A DNA stretch of 64,000 bases from Takakia lepidozioides. Taxonomy: Eukaryota > Plantae > Bryophyta. The stretch is taken from positions 5,766,001 to 5,830,000 of the forward strand of contig CM060734.1 in the NCBI GenBank assembly GCA_030704615.1, read 5' to 3'. The translations under genes and the position numbers were made by a program. Below, one piece after another: positions 27,218-39,210 of this stretch. The notes beneath the pieces are model-generated. The model did no database searches. It had not been told where the DNA came from and saw only the letters and a program-made list of their open reading frames with translations. The number at the start of each line of letters is the position of its first letter. Position 1 is the stretch's first letter.

Positions 27218-29856
27218 TACAGAGATAGACCCACTCAAAATACCACACCATGCCACGACAGACCCCAACCTCCACCCACCCCATACAACAATATGCCAGA
27301 TACCCCTACCCATCTCCAAATAACCCCAGCAACGTCCTCCCCAATCTGCCCGCACAACCCTGAAAACCCCAATGCCTTCATCATAGAAGCTATTCTTGGA
27401 ATTAAAACCCAAACGTCAGTAGACCCCTTCGAAGCCACTTGTGTGGATACATTTTATTACTGTAAATGGGCTGGTTACCCACCAGACAATAACACATGGC
27501 AAATTGAAGACGACCTCTTTGGCCCACACAATGATTGCGACCCTGACCACAATCTCACCCTCCTGACCACCTTCCACAAACGCACCAACACCAATTACCT
27601 GACTCACATTCATCAACAACACACTTCCCCCGCACAACCCGAAGACAACCGATACATACATAACCCGTTAATTGCCCCTAACATACACATATGCACGACC
27701 GAATGTCACCCTGATAAAGACATAGATCATGACTCCCCAATGATCCGTATAGGCCCCCGCCTCTCCAATATCTACGCTCAAAACGGCCGTTTTATTGGTC
27801 TTATCCCCAATGACAGGCTAACATGGCTTTGGGAAAAATATTCCACCACAAACACTAATTCACAAATCTTACAACCTCCCAAACAAGACTTTGCCACCGA
27901 ATTATGCTCGCTCACAGAACGCTACCTCAAAGATGTCCCCCCCAACAAACCACGTATCCTTAGCAGACTAGCAATGGCATGCGCTCATAACACTATACCC
28001 AAGGACATTCTAGCACTACTCATCCATTCCTTCCAACTTACTCACTCATATTACTCCAGCCTGCTCACATGTCCTATGGAATTCACTACATTTGCAAGTC
28101 CATACCACGGAGATTGTATCTTCGGAGCCACGGGTACTGCCACTCAACACACCTGGGCTGGCAGAGGCCTTGCTCACCCTCCCCCTGGAACCTCCACTCA
28201 TGAAGCTCTCCAATGGGCACGCTTCACTGCTCATTCCTCCCCCCACGCCCTCACCATACTCATACTCACCCAACAACAATCACCCAATGACTCCCACCCT
28301 CTCCTACGCCTCCCGCCAGGGGTTAATTTACTAGCCACAATCGAACCCAACCAGCTTAAATATGTGCATACCCCACCCCTTCCCAAATACCTTAGACAAA
28401 GGGAACCCACCCTAACCCTAATTTTGCATGTCCAACACTCCTCCCCCATCAATATACCGATACCCTTTTTGAGCCACTTCAAACAACTGCTAACCCTGAC
28501 GCACAAAATAAAGGCTATCACCCTCCACCCTCCACCCATCGTTCATCCACCACCTCCTATGACTCTGCACCAACCATTTCATTTCCCAAAATTAAACCAA
28601 ACAAAGCTTGGGAAAGGGCGCTGCCGCGCCCCCCCCCAGGCTACCACACCAATATCCACACCCCCTATTCCCTCACTATACCGACAAACTATCCCCCTCA
28701 GATACCCCCCATCTAACTCCCATTATACTGACGGATCCCTCACTAAACCAAATGCTGGCTACAGAGTATATCATGCCGCCACTAACCAAGGCACTGCCCT
28801 CCGACTTCCTGGCCCTGCCACCATATTACGAGCTGAACTTATGGCCATCTTCGCCCTGCTAGATGCATTCCCTCCTCCATACTTCATCTTCACAGATCTC
28901 CGTACCTCACTCTTTTTTATCTGAAACCACATATCCCGCCCCTCCTCCCACCATCACCACCTAGACCGCAACCTCATTACAGCCATTGTTAACCTCGTTA
29001 TTTCCAAAAGCCACCCTATCCACCTCCTCAAAGTTTGTTCGCACACTGGCATTAAAGGTAATGAGGCTGCGGATCTACTTGCTCAGACAGACACCTCTAA
29101 ACCCCCAGTGGACCTTACAGATGACCCTATTCACATTGCTCATACCCACCCATTTTGGTTCATACACCCAGTCCCAGACCCCCCCCCGCACCCAAACCAA
29201 TCCGTAATCTTATGACCACTATCACCCGTGAAACGAACAAACAAGCTGCAACATCTATTAGCCACAACAAATTCCACATTAAAAAATGGACCCAGTCCAC
29301 AGTCCTCCACCATAAGCTATCAAACCACTTCTGGCACACCAAAGCCACTACCGATGCAGAAATCCGACAAACACTCAAATTGAGGTACGCCCAATACAGG
29401 GACCACCAACGTAAACACATCTTCTGGCCACATCTTTTCCCATCTCCATATTGCCCACTATGCTCAAATACCCACCATGAACGTGACACCTGGCCACACC
29501 TCCTTAGCCAATGTACCCATCCAATCATTCGTGGCCTTCATATCACTCGTCACAACCACGCAGTTTGGCACATCCATAAACTCCTTCTGAGCCACACTGA
29601 AACTAGGTGGTTCTCACTCATTAACGCCGGCACCTACCAAGGCCGACCACCAAACCACATTGTACCACCGTGGCTGCTCCCATATACATGTACCCATTCA
29701 CCATGCACCTGCCCCGCCAGACTCTGCCATGATATTCTCCTTGTCAAATGCCTCCCACTAACACCCCACCACCCACTACACCATCCCCACAAATCACCAT
29801 CCACTTCATCGAATTTACATATTGTAATGATCGCTACCCCAATGATTCGATCTTGG
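27218..29856 (+). mobile_element. 3' part of a non-LTR retrotransposon (Dualen/RandI-like): chromodomain, PCIF1-like MTase-like region, RNase H, CCHC finger, restriction-like endonuclease
   Basis: Chromodomain FIIEAILG...YYCKWAGYPPDNNTWQIEDDL (27377-27520). RNase H HYTDGS / RAELMAI / IFTD / SHTGIKGNEAAD (about 28720-29080). Finger CPLC..DTWPHLLSQC followed by RHN. Endonuclease RLCHDILLV...IHFIEFTYCND. Frameshifts are present and RT is missing. Confidence 0.75.
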
Positions 29857-30996
29857 AAGAATTTGGGATCCTGGAAGGAAGTGTTTTTGAGTGTAAGGAC
29901 TTCAAGTCCTGCTTAATATATAAGCATATGACAACATATCCCACAATACATCCGCAGAAGGTGATTTGTTTGCGAGGACGCAAACAGATGAGTGTGGGAG
30001 TATGTCATGTATTCATGTATGTAATGGTGAAGAAGCTTGAGGGGATGTAGTGCATAAGAAAAATAGAGTGATTCTACAGGAGGATATAGTTTGAAATAGG
30101 AGTGGGGCTCTTTATTAGTTTCTTCTAAAGTTATTATCAGCAATTTTTATTTTTTTTATCTTAAAGAAAATGGTGGAGACATTATGATGAAGGAAGAAGA
30201 CATGTTCATGGCTGAGAAACTTGTGATTGTCAAGACGATGAAGTGGAAGAACCACCTGCCAAGAAGATTATGACTTAGTTTTTTCTTAAGAGATGGTGTT
30301 TGCGGAGGCGCTGCACAACTAGGAGTAGGGCTATGTAGAATAATAGAAAATTCTTTGTGGAGTAGCATTTAGAATTGGAGTGCAAATGAACAAGAATTGG
30401 ATGTGAAATTGCACTATGGGGTTCGATAATTTGATAGAATTGGGTAGGATGATAGAACGGAAGTAAATTCAGATAATGGGGATGATAATTGGTAGGAATG
30501 GGGTTATTATGATAGATGTTAGCCCATTGAATCAGTGCTAGGTAGTTATGGTAGTTAGAGTAGGACACTATGAGTTCAGCTGAACTGATGTATTCATGGT
30601 CATTCGAGCGAGAGTGTTGAGGCCCTAGCACATGAGATGCTAGTTTGTCGTTTACAATAGTTTAAGTAAAAGATAAGAAAAATATGAGTAGTGTGATGAG
30701 ACAAAGATATGATGAAAGACTCTGTAAGCTTCATGTTAATGTGATGAGATGTTGGAGTTTAATGGGAAGAATTTTGTGTGAAAGAAAAAGATGAGGATTA
30801 TTTAATGAAGTGTGCAGATCAATATGAGAGGAATTTAATTGAGATGAATATTAAGACATTTATTGTTGGGAGCCAATTAGAAGTAGATATAGTGTTCTAA
30901 TCGCGACATAACAATTCAATTGTGTGCTTTCCCTGCGAACGAACCTTAGAACTAATTAATCCTTTTCTTTAGGATTGATTATAGTTTTATCCTACA
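29857..30996 (+). repeat. LTR-like direct repeat, copy 1, of an AT-rich (Athila-like?) element that hosts the DNMT retrotransposon
   Basis: Near-identical to 42643-43761. It ends ...tatcctaCA and is followed by tctttttgacgccgc, which resembles the Athila-type tttggcgccg PBS. Confidence 0.75.
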
Positions 30997-31052
30997 TCTT
31001 TTTGACGCCGCTTTGAGTGGGCTATTTTAGAACATTATATTATTGATAAAAG

Positions 31053-32242
31053 TGTCGTGCGCATACATATCGCTACACAACTACATCGTTGTCCAAAACC
31101 ACACAACACATGTGCACACCACACACTTGTATATCACTAATCCACCACTAGTGCAGCCACTAGGCTATAACTAGTCAGTCACTAGGCTGCCACTATGTTG
31201 CCCACTATGACAGTCACTAGTCCACACAATGATAAAGAAGAAGAATACAAGCATGAGCTCACAAATCTGAAGCATAAACTCATGCATATATAACCTCATC
31301 ACTCAAATACAAGTCAAGCCAAGTGCACCCCACACCATGGGGAATCCACACTACGGCGCCATAGCTAGACATGGTGAGGCTCAACTCGAGAAAGATGAGC
31401 CTCCCGCGCTTGCCATGAAGATAACCACTCCAGGGCCTAAATCTGCCTTGACCCCTGGATTGACACTTGGGCCAATCCAAATGTCAATATGTAAAAGCTA
31501 GCTATTTCCTAGCTAGTTTAACACTTGTGGTAAAATAACTTGACAGATGTCGTGCGCATACATATCGTTACACAACTACATCGCTGTCCAAACCCACACA
31601 ACACATGTGCACACCACACACTAGTATATCACTAGTCCACCACTAGTGCAGCCACTAGTCCAACCACTAGGCTACAACTAGCCAGTCACTAGGCTGCCAT
31701 TATGTTGCCCACTATGGCAGTCACTAGTCCACACAATGATAAAGAAGAAGAATACAAGCACGAGCTCACAAATCTGAAGCATAAATTCATGCATATATAA
31801 TCTCATCACTCAAATACAAGTCAAGCCAAGTGCACCCCACACCATGGGGAATCCACACTACGACGCCGTAGCTAGGCGCGGTGAGGCTCAACTCGAGAAA
31901 GATGAGCCTCCCGCGCTTGCCGTGAAGATAACCACTCCAGGGCCTAAATCTGCCTTGACCCCTGGATTGATACTTGGGCCAATCCAAATGTCAATATGTA
32001 AAAGCTAGCTATTTCCTAGCTAGTTTCACACTAGTGGTAAAATAACTTGACAGCTGTCATGCGCATACATATCGCTACACAACTACATCGCTGTCCAAAA
32101 CCACACAACACATGTGCACACCACACACTAGTATATCACTAGTCTACCACTAGTGCAGCCACTAGTCCAACCACTAGGCTACAACTAGTCAGTCACTAGG
32201 CTGCCATTATGTTGCCCACTATGGCAGTCATTAGTCCACACA
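31053..32242 (-). repeat. 3' terminal tandem repeat block Y-X-Y-X-Y: Y 32055-32242, X 31737-32052, Y 31548-31735, X 31230-31545, Y 31053-31228
   Basis: X is 316 bp in both copies and matches 40750-41065. Y is 188 bp (176 bp in the outer copy). Junctions on the + strand are TGACA-gc-TGTCA and TGACA-ga-TGTCG. Confidence 0.93.
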
Positions 32243-32502
32243 ATCGCCCCCCTAGCTGGTGCTTAGGTCCCTCTAAGTCCGGATAGCCACAAGATGTGAT
32301 AGTGACCATAGCCTCATTAAATCCTCCACCACTGTCCCTACTACACTCAAACTCGATAGATCAAGAGGCCGGGTGCAAGAGTCGCCCCATCGTTAGTCGC
32401 CGTCTTGCAACCTGTGAACTTGAGCCTGGGATCTCGTGTATTGACTCTTATGAGCTTGGCCTCCCATGTCTTGTTAGCTGCCTCTAGTCATGTCCACTGC
32501 CA

Positions 32503-34008
32503 CTATCCCAAGCAGTGTGGATATAACCAATCTCCATCAGGAACCCTCTCAAGAGGTGGTGTCAAGCATCCCATATGCCAACCTCTTGAGCATCGATCAC
32601 ACACCAGCATGGTGGCTGCCCCTTTGGCAGACCCACAGAGCATGCACCTCAAACCTGCAGGTACCACTGCCAAGTTTGGGTCAACTCTGCCATCGACATT
32701 GGGAATGTGACATGGCGCACAATTACGTACATGGTCTTTCCAAGTCATGCCATCCCGACCCTCCAAGATCAGGACTCCTGAGGGCAACACCTCTCGAATC
32801 CTTAGAATAACACGCCCTGCAGTGACATCTAGGGTCGTAGGAGCAGTCTGCTGCAAATAAACATAGTCACCAGGGCTAAACCTCCGAACCCCAGGACGAT
32901 ATCCTCCACCGCGTATAGTGGCATACCTCAAAGTATCACAATGTTGTGCAATGGCAAGGTTCTCAAAAGCCATGGGCATGATTTTCTTGAACAACTCTGC
33001 ACGCTGACCACATGCACGTACCCACACGTCTGGATCGTCAAGGTTAAGGACTTGAGCAGTGTCTCTACGAATGGCTGCAGGCAAATCCGGCTCTCGGCCA
33101 AAGAGAAAGAAATATGGTGAGAAGGAGGCAAGTGATGCTTGCTTGCTAAACCTGTAGCCCATGGCTAACCAAGGTACCTGAAGATCCCAATCTCCTAGGT
33201 GTCCCTTCTGCAAGCCGTACTTGCGTAAACCCCTCTTCACCGTCTGAACAACTATCTCTGCCAAGCCATCGGCCTCAGGATGATCCCAAGAAGTGGTGCG
33301 GTGGTCTATCAAGGCTTTATCACACAAAGTCTGAAACTCCCCCAAGAACTCTCTCCCTTGGTCCGCGAGTACCTCAGCTGGAGCACCGAATCGGCTAAGC
33401 GCACGATCCAAGAATGCATACGCAGCCCCCTCACTAGCCTTGTTAGGCAATGGAACCAACTCAATCCACTTGGAGAAGTGCTCCACCATCACCAACACAT
33501 ATATGTGGTGGCGCATAGTCAGTGGCAACGGTCCTGCGAAGTCAAGACTCCACCTGTAGCCCAATCCCATGATTAGTAAAGGATGCAACTGTGGTGTAGG
33601 GGCGTTGAATGAAGCACGCACCCTGTCACACACCATGCACCTAGCCACGAACTGTTGCACCTCTGTATGCATACCACGCCACCAATACTGCCCCTGCAGT
33701 AAACTGTGAGTGCGTCGCACTCCAAAATGCCCCAACTCCTCATGGGCATGCCGCACTAATCGTGCACGCTGTATGGGGTGAGGCACAATCCTCACCTGAC
33801 CATCCTCCCACACTCGAAGTAGGTGTATCCCCTCCCACTTGAACCTCTGGGCTCGTTGCAGGATCCGATCTCTCTCCCTAGCAGTCACAGCGGCTGCTGT
33901 GTCTCCCGTGCGGAGGTAGTCCAACACAGCCAAATCCTCATGTATATCTCTGGCACCACCTGGCTCATCACTAGCCTCAGGGTCCTCAGACACTCCGTCT
34001 ACAATCAT
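32503..34008 (-). CDS. Integrase (HHCC + DDE) with C-terminal PHD finger
   Basis: HEELGHFG...CMVC; WSLDFAGP, ADQGREF, DGLAE. PHD finger CMLC...VCDRCSRGWHMGCLTPPLERVPDGDWLYPHC, with the penultimate Cys replaced by Tyr. Confidence 0.93.
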   Translation of the reverse strand: MIVDGVSEDPEASDEPGGARDIHEDLAVLDYLRTGDTAAAVTARERDRILQRAQRFKWEGIHLLRVWEDGQVRIVPHPIQRARLVRHAHEELGHFGVRRTHSLLQGQYWWRGMHTEVQQFVARCMVCDRVRASFNAPTPQLHPLLIMGLGYRWSLDFAGPLPLTMRHHIYVLVMVEHFSKWIELVPLPNKASEGAAYAFLDRALSRFGAPAEVLADQGREFLGEFQTLCDKALIDHRTTSWDHPEADGLAEIVVQTVKRGLRKYGLQKGHLGDWDLQVPWLAMGYRFSKQASLASFSPYFFLFGREPDLPAAIRRDTAQVLNLDDPDVWVRACGQRAELFKKIMPMAFENLAIAQHCDTLRYATIRGGGYRPGVRRFSPGDYVYLQQTAPTTLDVTAGRVILRIREVLPSGVLILEGRDGMTWKDHVRNCAPCHIPNVDGRVDPNLAVVPAGLRCMLCGSAKGAATMLVCDRCSRGWHMGCLTPPLERVPDGDWLYPHCLG

Positions 34009-34026
34009 CCATGTTGTAGGTTCAAC

Positions 34027-35478
34027 CTAACCTCCCGATGGCAAGATACACAAAAATACAGATGCGTGCCATCCCGGCACCATCTCCTCGTCCGTCTCAC
34101 CATGCCACCGAGCTCCAGTGTCATCCTGTTGGCTCGTGCATGGATTGCGACTCAATCCATCCACATCCCGATTGACCAAACCCGGTCGATGCACAACCTG
34201 AAAGTCATACTCCTGAAGTATGAGTGCCCACCGTGCAAGCTTCCCCGTAAGCTTGTCTGACTCCATCAACCACTTGAGTGGCTGGTGATCCGTGACAAGG
34301 ATGAAAAGATTGTCGTATAGATAGCACCTGAAGTGTGCCACGGCCCACACTGCAGCTAAGCACTCTCCCTCATATGAGCTGTAGTTAGCCTCTGCAGCGT
34401 TGTTCAAGCGACTAGCATAAGCCACTACGAACTCTCTTCCCTCATCATCCACCTGTGTGAGCACCGCTCCAAGCCCCAGCATGCTCCAATCCGTATGCAG
34501 CTGAAAGGGACGCCCCCTGATAGGTCGTCTTAGGATAGACGCCGAGGTCAACCTCGCCTTGAGCTCTTGAAAAGTTCGTTCCTGCTCATCTTCCCACTGC
34601 CACTCCTGGTCCACCTTGGTCAGCTTGGTTAGAGCCTTTGCAATGGTACTAAATCCCTTGACAAACCGTCTATAATAGTATGCCAACCCCATGAAAGCTC
34701 GAACTCGGCTCACATCCGTGGGGCGTGGAATTTGTGCAATGGCATCTACCTTAGTCTGCTGTACCCCCAATCCTCCAGGATATATCATGTGACCCAGATA
34801 CTCAATCTGGTTGTGGAAAAACTTGCACTTCCCCGGATGCAACTTCAATCTGTGCGCTCTCAAGCGCTCCAATACCACCTGAAGGTGTCTCTCATGCTCC
34901 TCCACCGTAACACTAAAGATGATGATGTCATCTATGTAGCACCGAGCAAAGTCCACCCCTGTTAGAATCCTATCCATGACTCTTTGAAACTCTGCAGGAG
35001 CATTCTTAAGCCCAAATGGTAAGAACCGCCACTGATATAGGCAATCATTGCCGTGCTCATTGATCCCCCAGAATGCCGTCTTCTGCTTGTCCGCCTCCTT
35101 GATTGGCAACTGGTGATATCCGGATCGTAAATCCAAAGTGCTAAAGACCTTAGCATGCCCGATGGCATCAAAGATCTCCTCTGGTGTTGGCATGGCATAC
35201 TTATCGGACTTGGTTTGACGATTTACAGGCCGGTAATCACCGCACATACATCTCTCCGTCCAATTGCCATAGACATCCTTCTTGGCTAGCATCACTGTGG
35301 CTGAAGCATACTCTCCACCAGAGAGCTCCACCAAACCTGCCTCCCAGAGATCTTGAGTCCTCATCTGAATCAAAGACCTCTCCATGTCACTGTATCTATA
35401 GGGTCTCCGAAAGATTGGCATGTCAATGGCCAACTCAATACGGATCTCTTGACCCTTCAGTGCTCCCAAGTCCTTCAA
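34027..35478 (-). CDS. Ty3/Gypsy reverse transcriptase + RNase H
   Basis: CGDYRPVN, LDLRSGYHQ, LPFGLKNAP, YIDDII; RNase H motifs HTDWS, EGECLA, TDHQPL, DGLSR. Confidence 0.96.
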   Translation of the reverse strand: MKDLGALKGQEIRIELAIDMPIFRRPYRYSDMERSLIQMRTQDLWEAGLVELSGGEYASATVMLAKKDVYGNWTERCMCGDYRPVNRQTKSDKYAMPTPEEIFDAIGHAKVFSTLDLRSGYHQLPIKEADKQKTAFWGINEHGNDCLYQWRFLPFGLKNAPAEFQRVMDRILTGVDFARCYIDDIIIFSVTVEEHERHLQVVLERLRAHRLKLHPGKCKFFHNQIEYLGHMIYPGGLGVQQTKVDAIAQIPRPTDVSRVRAFMGLAYYYRRFVKGFSTIAKALTKLTKVDQEWQWEDEQERTFQELKARLTSASILRRPIRGRPFQLHTDWSMLGLGAVLTQVDDEGREFVVAYASRLNNAAEANYSSYEGECLAAVWAVAHFRCYLYDNLFILVTDHQPLKWLMESDKLTGKLARWALILQEYDFQVVHRPGLVNRDVDGLSRNPCTSQQDDTGARWHGETDEEMVPGWHASVFLCILPSGG

Positions 35479-35939
35479 ACTGCAGGCAAAGCAATTCCTG
35501 TAAGCCCTCAGGAACCGCCGTATACGTCGTCTCTCTCCTCCGGTGACAATGGGTCCAATGTCAGGCTCCCAATTGTCCTCTGTAACTGCAACCTTAAGTC
35601 CAGTGGGCTTAGAGGTAGAGGACTCGTCCAGTGGTTACTATGTTGCAACCTCTTGAGCAGTACTCCCTACCTGCTCAGTCAGTGACGAGGCCTCATCCTA
35701 CCCCATCATCTCATCCTCAAGGACTTCCTCCACCCGAGAAAAATCTCCAACCTCATCTATCACCGCCACCTTGGCTGCCAACTCCCTCTGAACCTCGAGC
35801 ACCTCCCACGTGTGCCATGGATGCCTGCACCCCGTGGTCCTCACATGCTCGCCCCCACTCACTGCCTGTACCATCTCGGTAGGCAGAGAGACCATCGAGG
35901 GAAGTGTACTCCGCACTCTGCGTTGCTCAGCCATAGCCA

Positions 35940-36900
35940 AGCTGATAATCCAGGTCAAGCAATTGAGATCCATTGCTTGCCCCAACCCCTGACGACGTGA
36001 TGCCTCAGAAAAAGACGACACCGCCGTGGTACCAGTGGTAAAACCCATTGCCCGCTCACGCTTGTCAGCATTAGGCTCCACTAACTGCTACAATTGAGCA
36101 TCCCACAGGAGGCCAGGTCCACTATCCCGGAAAGCATGCGATCCTGGGAAGCTGAGCAGTGTAGGTAATGCTGCTCGTGGTTGACCCACCTTGTTGACCA
36201 CTGCCAAAGGCAAACGGTCATCGTGTCTTACATGCTGAGACTGCGTCCCTGTCTCCAGAATGTTATCCACTATGAGATGTGCTGGCCGCTGCACCCCATC
36301 AAATGCACGCTTGAGCAGTGCGGGTGGCATCAAGTTAGTCCATCATAGCCGTGGACGATGAGCCCGTGACCCCACTGTAGCTGCATCTAGCAACACTGCT
36401 GACCCAAGCCACGACTGGACTTGATGCACACTGGCCATCACCCTAGCCCGAGAATCGCCCATCAGTGGCACATTCTCCAAGATGTATACTAGAAATACAG
36501 CCTGATGAAGCTGCAAGTGGCGCAAAACCCGCACCATCTCCCAAAACAGACCCGACCTCGAGTCTCGCAATCCATTGCCATGCCCGGCTGATGAATGCCC
36601 TTGGCAGGGCCAACCCACTACCAGATCAATGGAGCCAACCCGCTCCAAATCCTGCGCCCCCAGCAACGAAATGTCTGCTGGCAAGGCCTGCTGATATCCA
36701 CGAACTGTAGACACCGGCAACAACTTAGGGTACCGCTGCACCAACTGAGCAATATGGCGAAGTGAAACGCGTTGTGCAGTCTCATCCTCTCCACATACAG
36801 GTAACGCCGAACTCGTATACCTGCCTGTAAGACAGCAGCCAATCCGGTGCTGATCCCGCCAAACAAGTCCAGAAGACAAATGCCTTCATTTGGATACTGC
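35940..36900 (-). pseudogene. C5-cytosine DNA methyltransferase domain within pol (one frameshift, two premature stops)
   Basis: Motif I LLDLFGGISTGL (about 36840-36880); II YLYVE; IV DLVVGWPCQG (PCQ at 36601-36609); V DSRSGLF; VI ILENV (ENV at 36469-36477); VIII AHRPRL; IX RERAMGF; X LGQAMD. All are in canonical order. Confidence 0.92.
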
Positions 36901-37280
36901 CACACAATAGGTGTGGTGTCCAATGGAGACAACTGAGGTGGTCCTGGTGCAATCCCCGCACTCTCCTCCTCTCCTGACGTTACAAAAGCCTCCACCCAGG
37001 CTTGTTGCATCCGTCGATCAGCATCCCGCTGCAAATCCTTGCTCGTGCCCCACAATGGAGTCTGAGCAACCATGGTAGGCAACTCCGCCATACCATACAT
37101 GTCATCCTGCTCTCCCGGAGGTGGCACATCCTCTGAATGAGCGTTGCCCTCAAGCAACTCTCCAGGCCAATTCACTGCCGCTGTGAATGCTGCTAGTGTC
37201 GATATCTTGCCTCGCTGGGCAACCGCAACTCCTCCTATGAACGTCACATTGAGCTGCACACGCCGGCCCTTCCCTGACTG

Positions 37281-37733
37281 TCATCCAGGCCTATAGGAAG
37301 CTGACTCCTCCCAAAAATCTAGGGTAAAGCCCATGGGGTACAACATTGCCCAACCAACCAGGACATCGTACGAGACCGCGTCTGTCACAATGGCCTTGGC
37401 TCGCATCACTGAGCCATCTGTAGGGTGATCCGGCCATAGTCTGATAGCCAACTCACGCCGTGTCATGCCCCGAGCCTGCTCTGATCCTCCCAAAGATGTC
37501 TGTATCTGGAAAAGACAAGGCTCCATATCCGCCTTCGTGAGGCCCAAGCCTGCAATATCAGCTCTGCCCAACATCAATGGCTGAGCTCCCGAGTCCAACG
37601 AGACCCGCAGTGGCCGGTACCTCTTGCCTGCCGGTCCACTCAAACAGAAAATGTCATCCTGGTTGTCTAACATGACAACTCCAGGTGTCACCATGGCGCG
37701 CTCAATGGCTGGCCTAGCTGGCAGCTCCATCAA
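37281..37733 (-). CDS. Retropepsin-type aspartic protease
   Basis: VSLDSGA catalytic motif and YDVLVG C-terminal motif. Confidence 0.85.
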   Translation of the reverse strand: MMELPARPAIERAMVTPGVVMLDNQDDIFCLSGPAGKRYRPLRVSLDSGAQPLMLGRADIAGLGLTKADMEPCLFQIQTSLGGSEQARGMTRRELAIRLWPDHPTDGSVMRAKAIVTDAVSYDVLVGWAMLYPMGFTLDFWEESASYRPG

Positions 37734-38372
37734 CCTGGCAGTTGCAGCTTGCTATGGCGCCGCCGTGGCAGTCTTGACCCTCAAATCCGAGGATCCCTCC
37801 GGCACTACACCTCCCATTATCTCTGCAGAAGATGAAGTAATATCCCCACTCTCACAGAGTGTAGCTGTCAGCCTGAACACCTCAGCTGGTCTTACCTCCG
37901 GCGTCGCAATCATGGTAGCCGAGAACAATGGAGCCTGGCACACAGATGTGGCCACTCTTAGCAGCACACTAGCTGCCGTAGCCTTGGCAACACTAGGTAG
38001 TGGTGCTACCCGTGTAGCTCTCCCCAATGGCATAGTAACCTCCGCCTCGGTAACAGTCGGGCAAGAACTAGGTGCCATGGATGGCGTCGACATTGTCTCC
38101 GCCAATGTAAATGACTAAGGAAGCCTAGCCTGACGGCTTGCCTCCCCACACTGTGGATCCAACTCCACCTCTGCACCTCGTGGCTCAGGAACTCGTGTTG
38201 CTCCTCGAGTCACGGCTGCAACAGACTCCACCTGCACTAGTGGTAGTGCTGCTCCGCACATGAATCCCATGCCTCCCATATCTCCTCCCTCAGGAGCAGG
38301 AGGTGGACCATCCGGCCTTGGAGCCGGTACCACCTGAGCTATAGCCATGGCAGCGAGCTTCTGCTCTAGCTG

Positions 38373-38690
38373 CTAAAGCCAGTTGGCCAAGCCTTGGTCA
38401 ATACCCTGACCTCCGTGTCCTTGGCCATGTTGAGCTTGCCCTTGGCCTACACCCCGTGCCTGGCCACCTCGTCCTCTTTGGGCTGTTCCCCCTCGCCCCC
38501 GGCTACCATTGTTCCCTTGGAACTGACCTGGGCGCAACTCGGGATGCAAACCATAACATTGGGCCTCTCCATGCCCGTGCTTGCCACAATGCCTACACTG
38601 CAATTGTGCAGGCTGTGCATATACCAGCCCTTGGCCTCCCTTTGGACAATCCTTCTTGACGTGGGGTCCTCCACATGTCCAACACACCAC
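38373..38690 (-). CDS. Gag C-terminal zinc knuckles and RG-rich segment (upstream capsid region not found)
   Basis: CWTCGGPHVKKDC and CRHCGKHGHGEAQC, followed by RGRGG repeats. Confidence 0.75.
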   Translation of the reverse strand: MVCWTCGGPHVKKDCPKGGQGLVYAQPAQLQCRHCGKHGHGEAQCYGLHPELRPGQFQGNNGSRGRGGTAQRGRGGQARGVGQGQAQHGQGHGGQGIDQGLANWL

Positions 38691-38778
38691 ATCCGCCCGT
38701 TGTTGGCCTGCAAATGAAGGGAGAGACCCCTACATCTGAGGTCCTCTCTGCCCTTCCCTGAGCTTCACTTGAGCCCCC

Positions 38779-39210
38779 CACAGCCCGTTACAGCCCCACA
38801 GGCCACAGGGCACAGCCTGACACAGCCCGTCACAGCCCCACAGGCCACAGGGCACAGCCTGACACAGCCCGTCACAGCCCCACAGGCCACAGGGCACAGC
38901 CTGACACAGCCCGCCACGGCCTGTCACAGCCCCTCACAGCCCCTCACAGACCCACAGGCCATAGGGCACAGCCTGTCACAGCCTGTCACAGCCCTACACA
39001 GGTCACAGCCCCAAAGGCCACAGCCTGTCACAGCCCATCAGAGCCCTACACAGGTCAGAGGGGTCATAGCCCCAAAGGCCACAACCTGTCATAGCCTGTC
39101 ACAGCCCGTCACAGCCCCATAGGCCACAGGGCACAGCCCCTCACAGGCCCTCACAGCCCTACATAGGTCACAGGGGTCACAGCCACAGCCTATCACAGCC
39201 CCTCACAGCC
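38779..39210. repeat. 42-bp minisatellite in the leader of the DNMT element
   Basis: Three near-perfect copies of cacagcccgtcacagccccacaggccacagggcacagcctga (38779-38904), then degenerate copies. Confidence 0.9.

Noticed and set aside
27053-28924. 623-aa ORF as a genuine Gypsy-RT/chromodomain fusion gene
   Set aside because: The roughly 25-aa Gypsy fragment is better explained as a chance in-frame junction of TE debris; there is no credible start codon.
38769-39122. ORFs with QPVTAPQATGHSLT repeats
   Set aside because: They arise from the 42-bp minisatellite, whose length is a multiple of three; there is no coding evidence.
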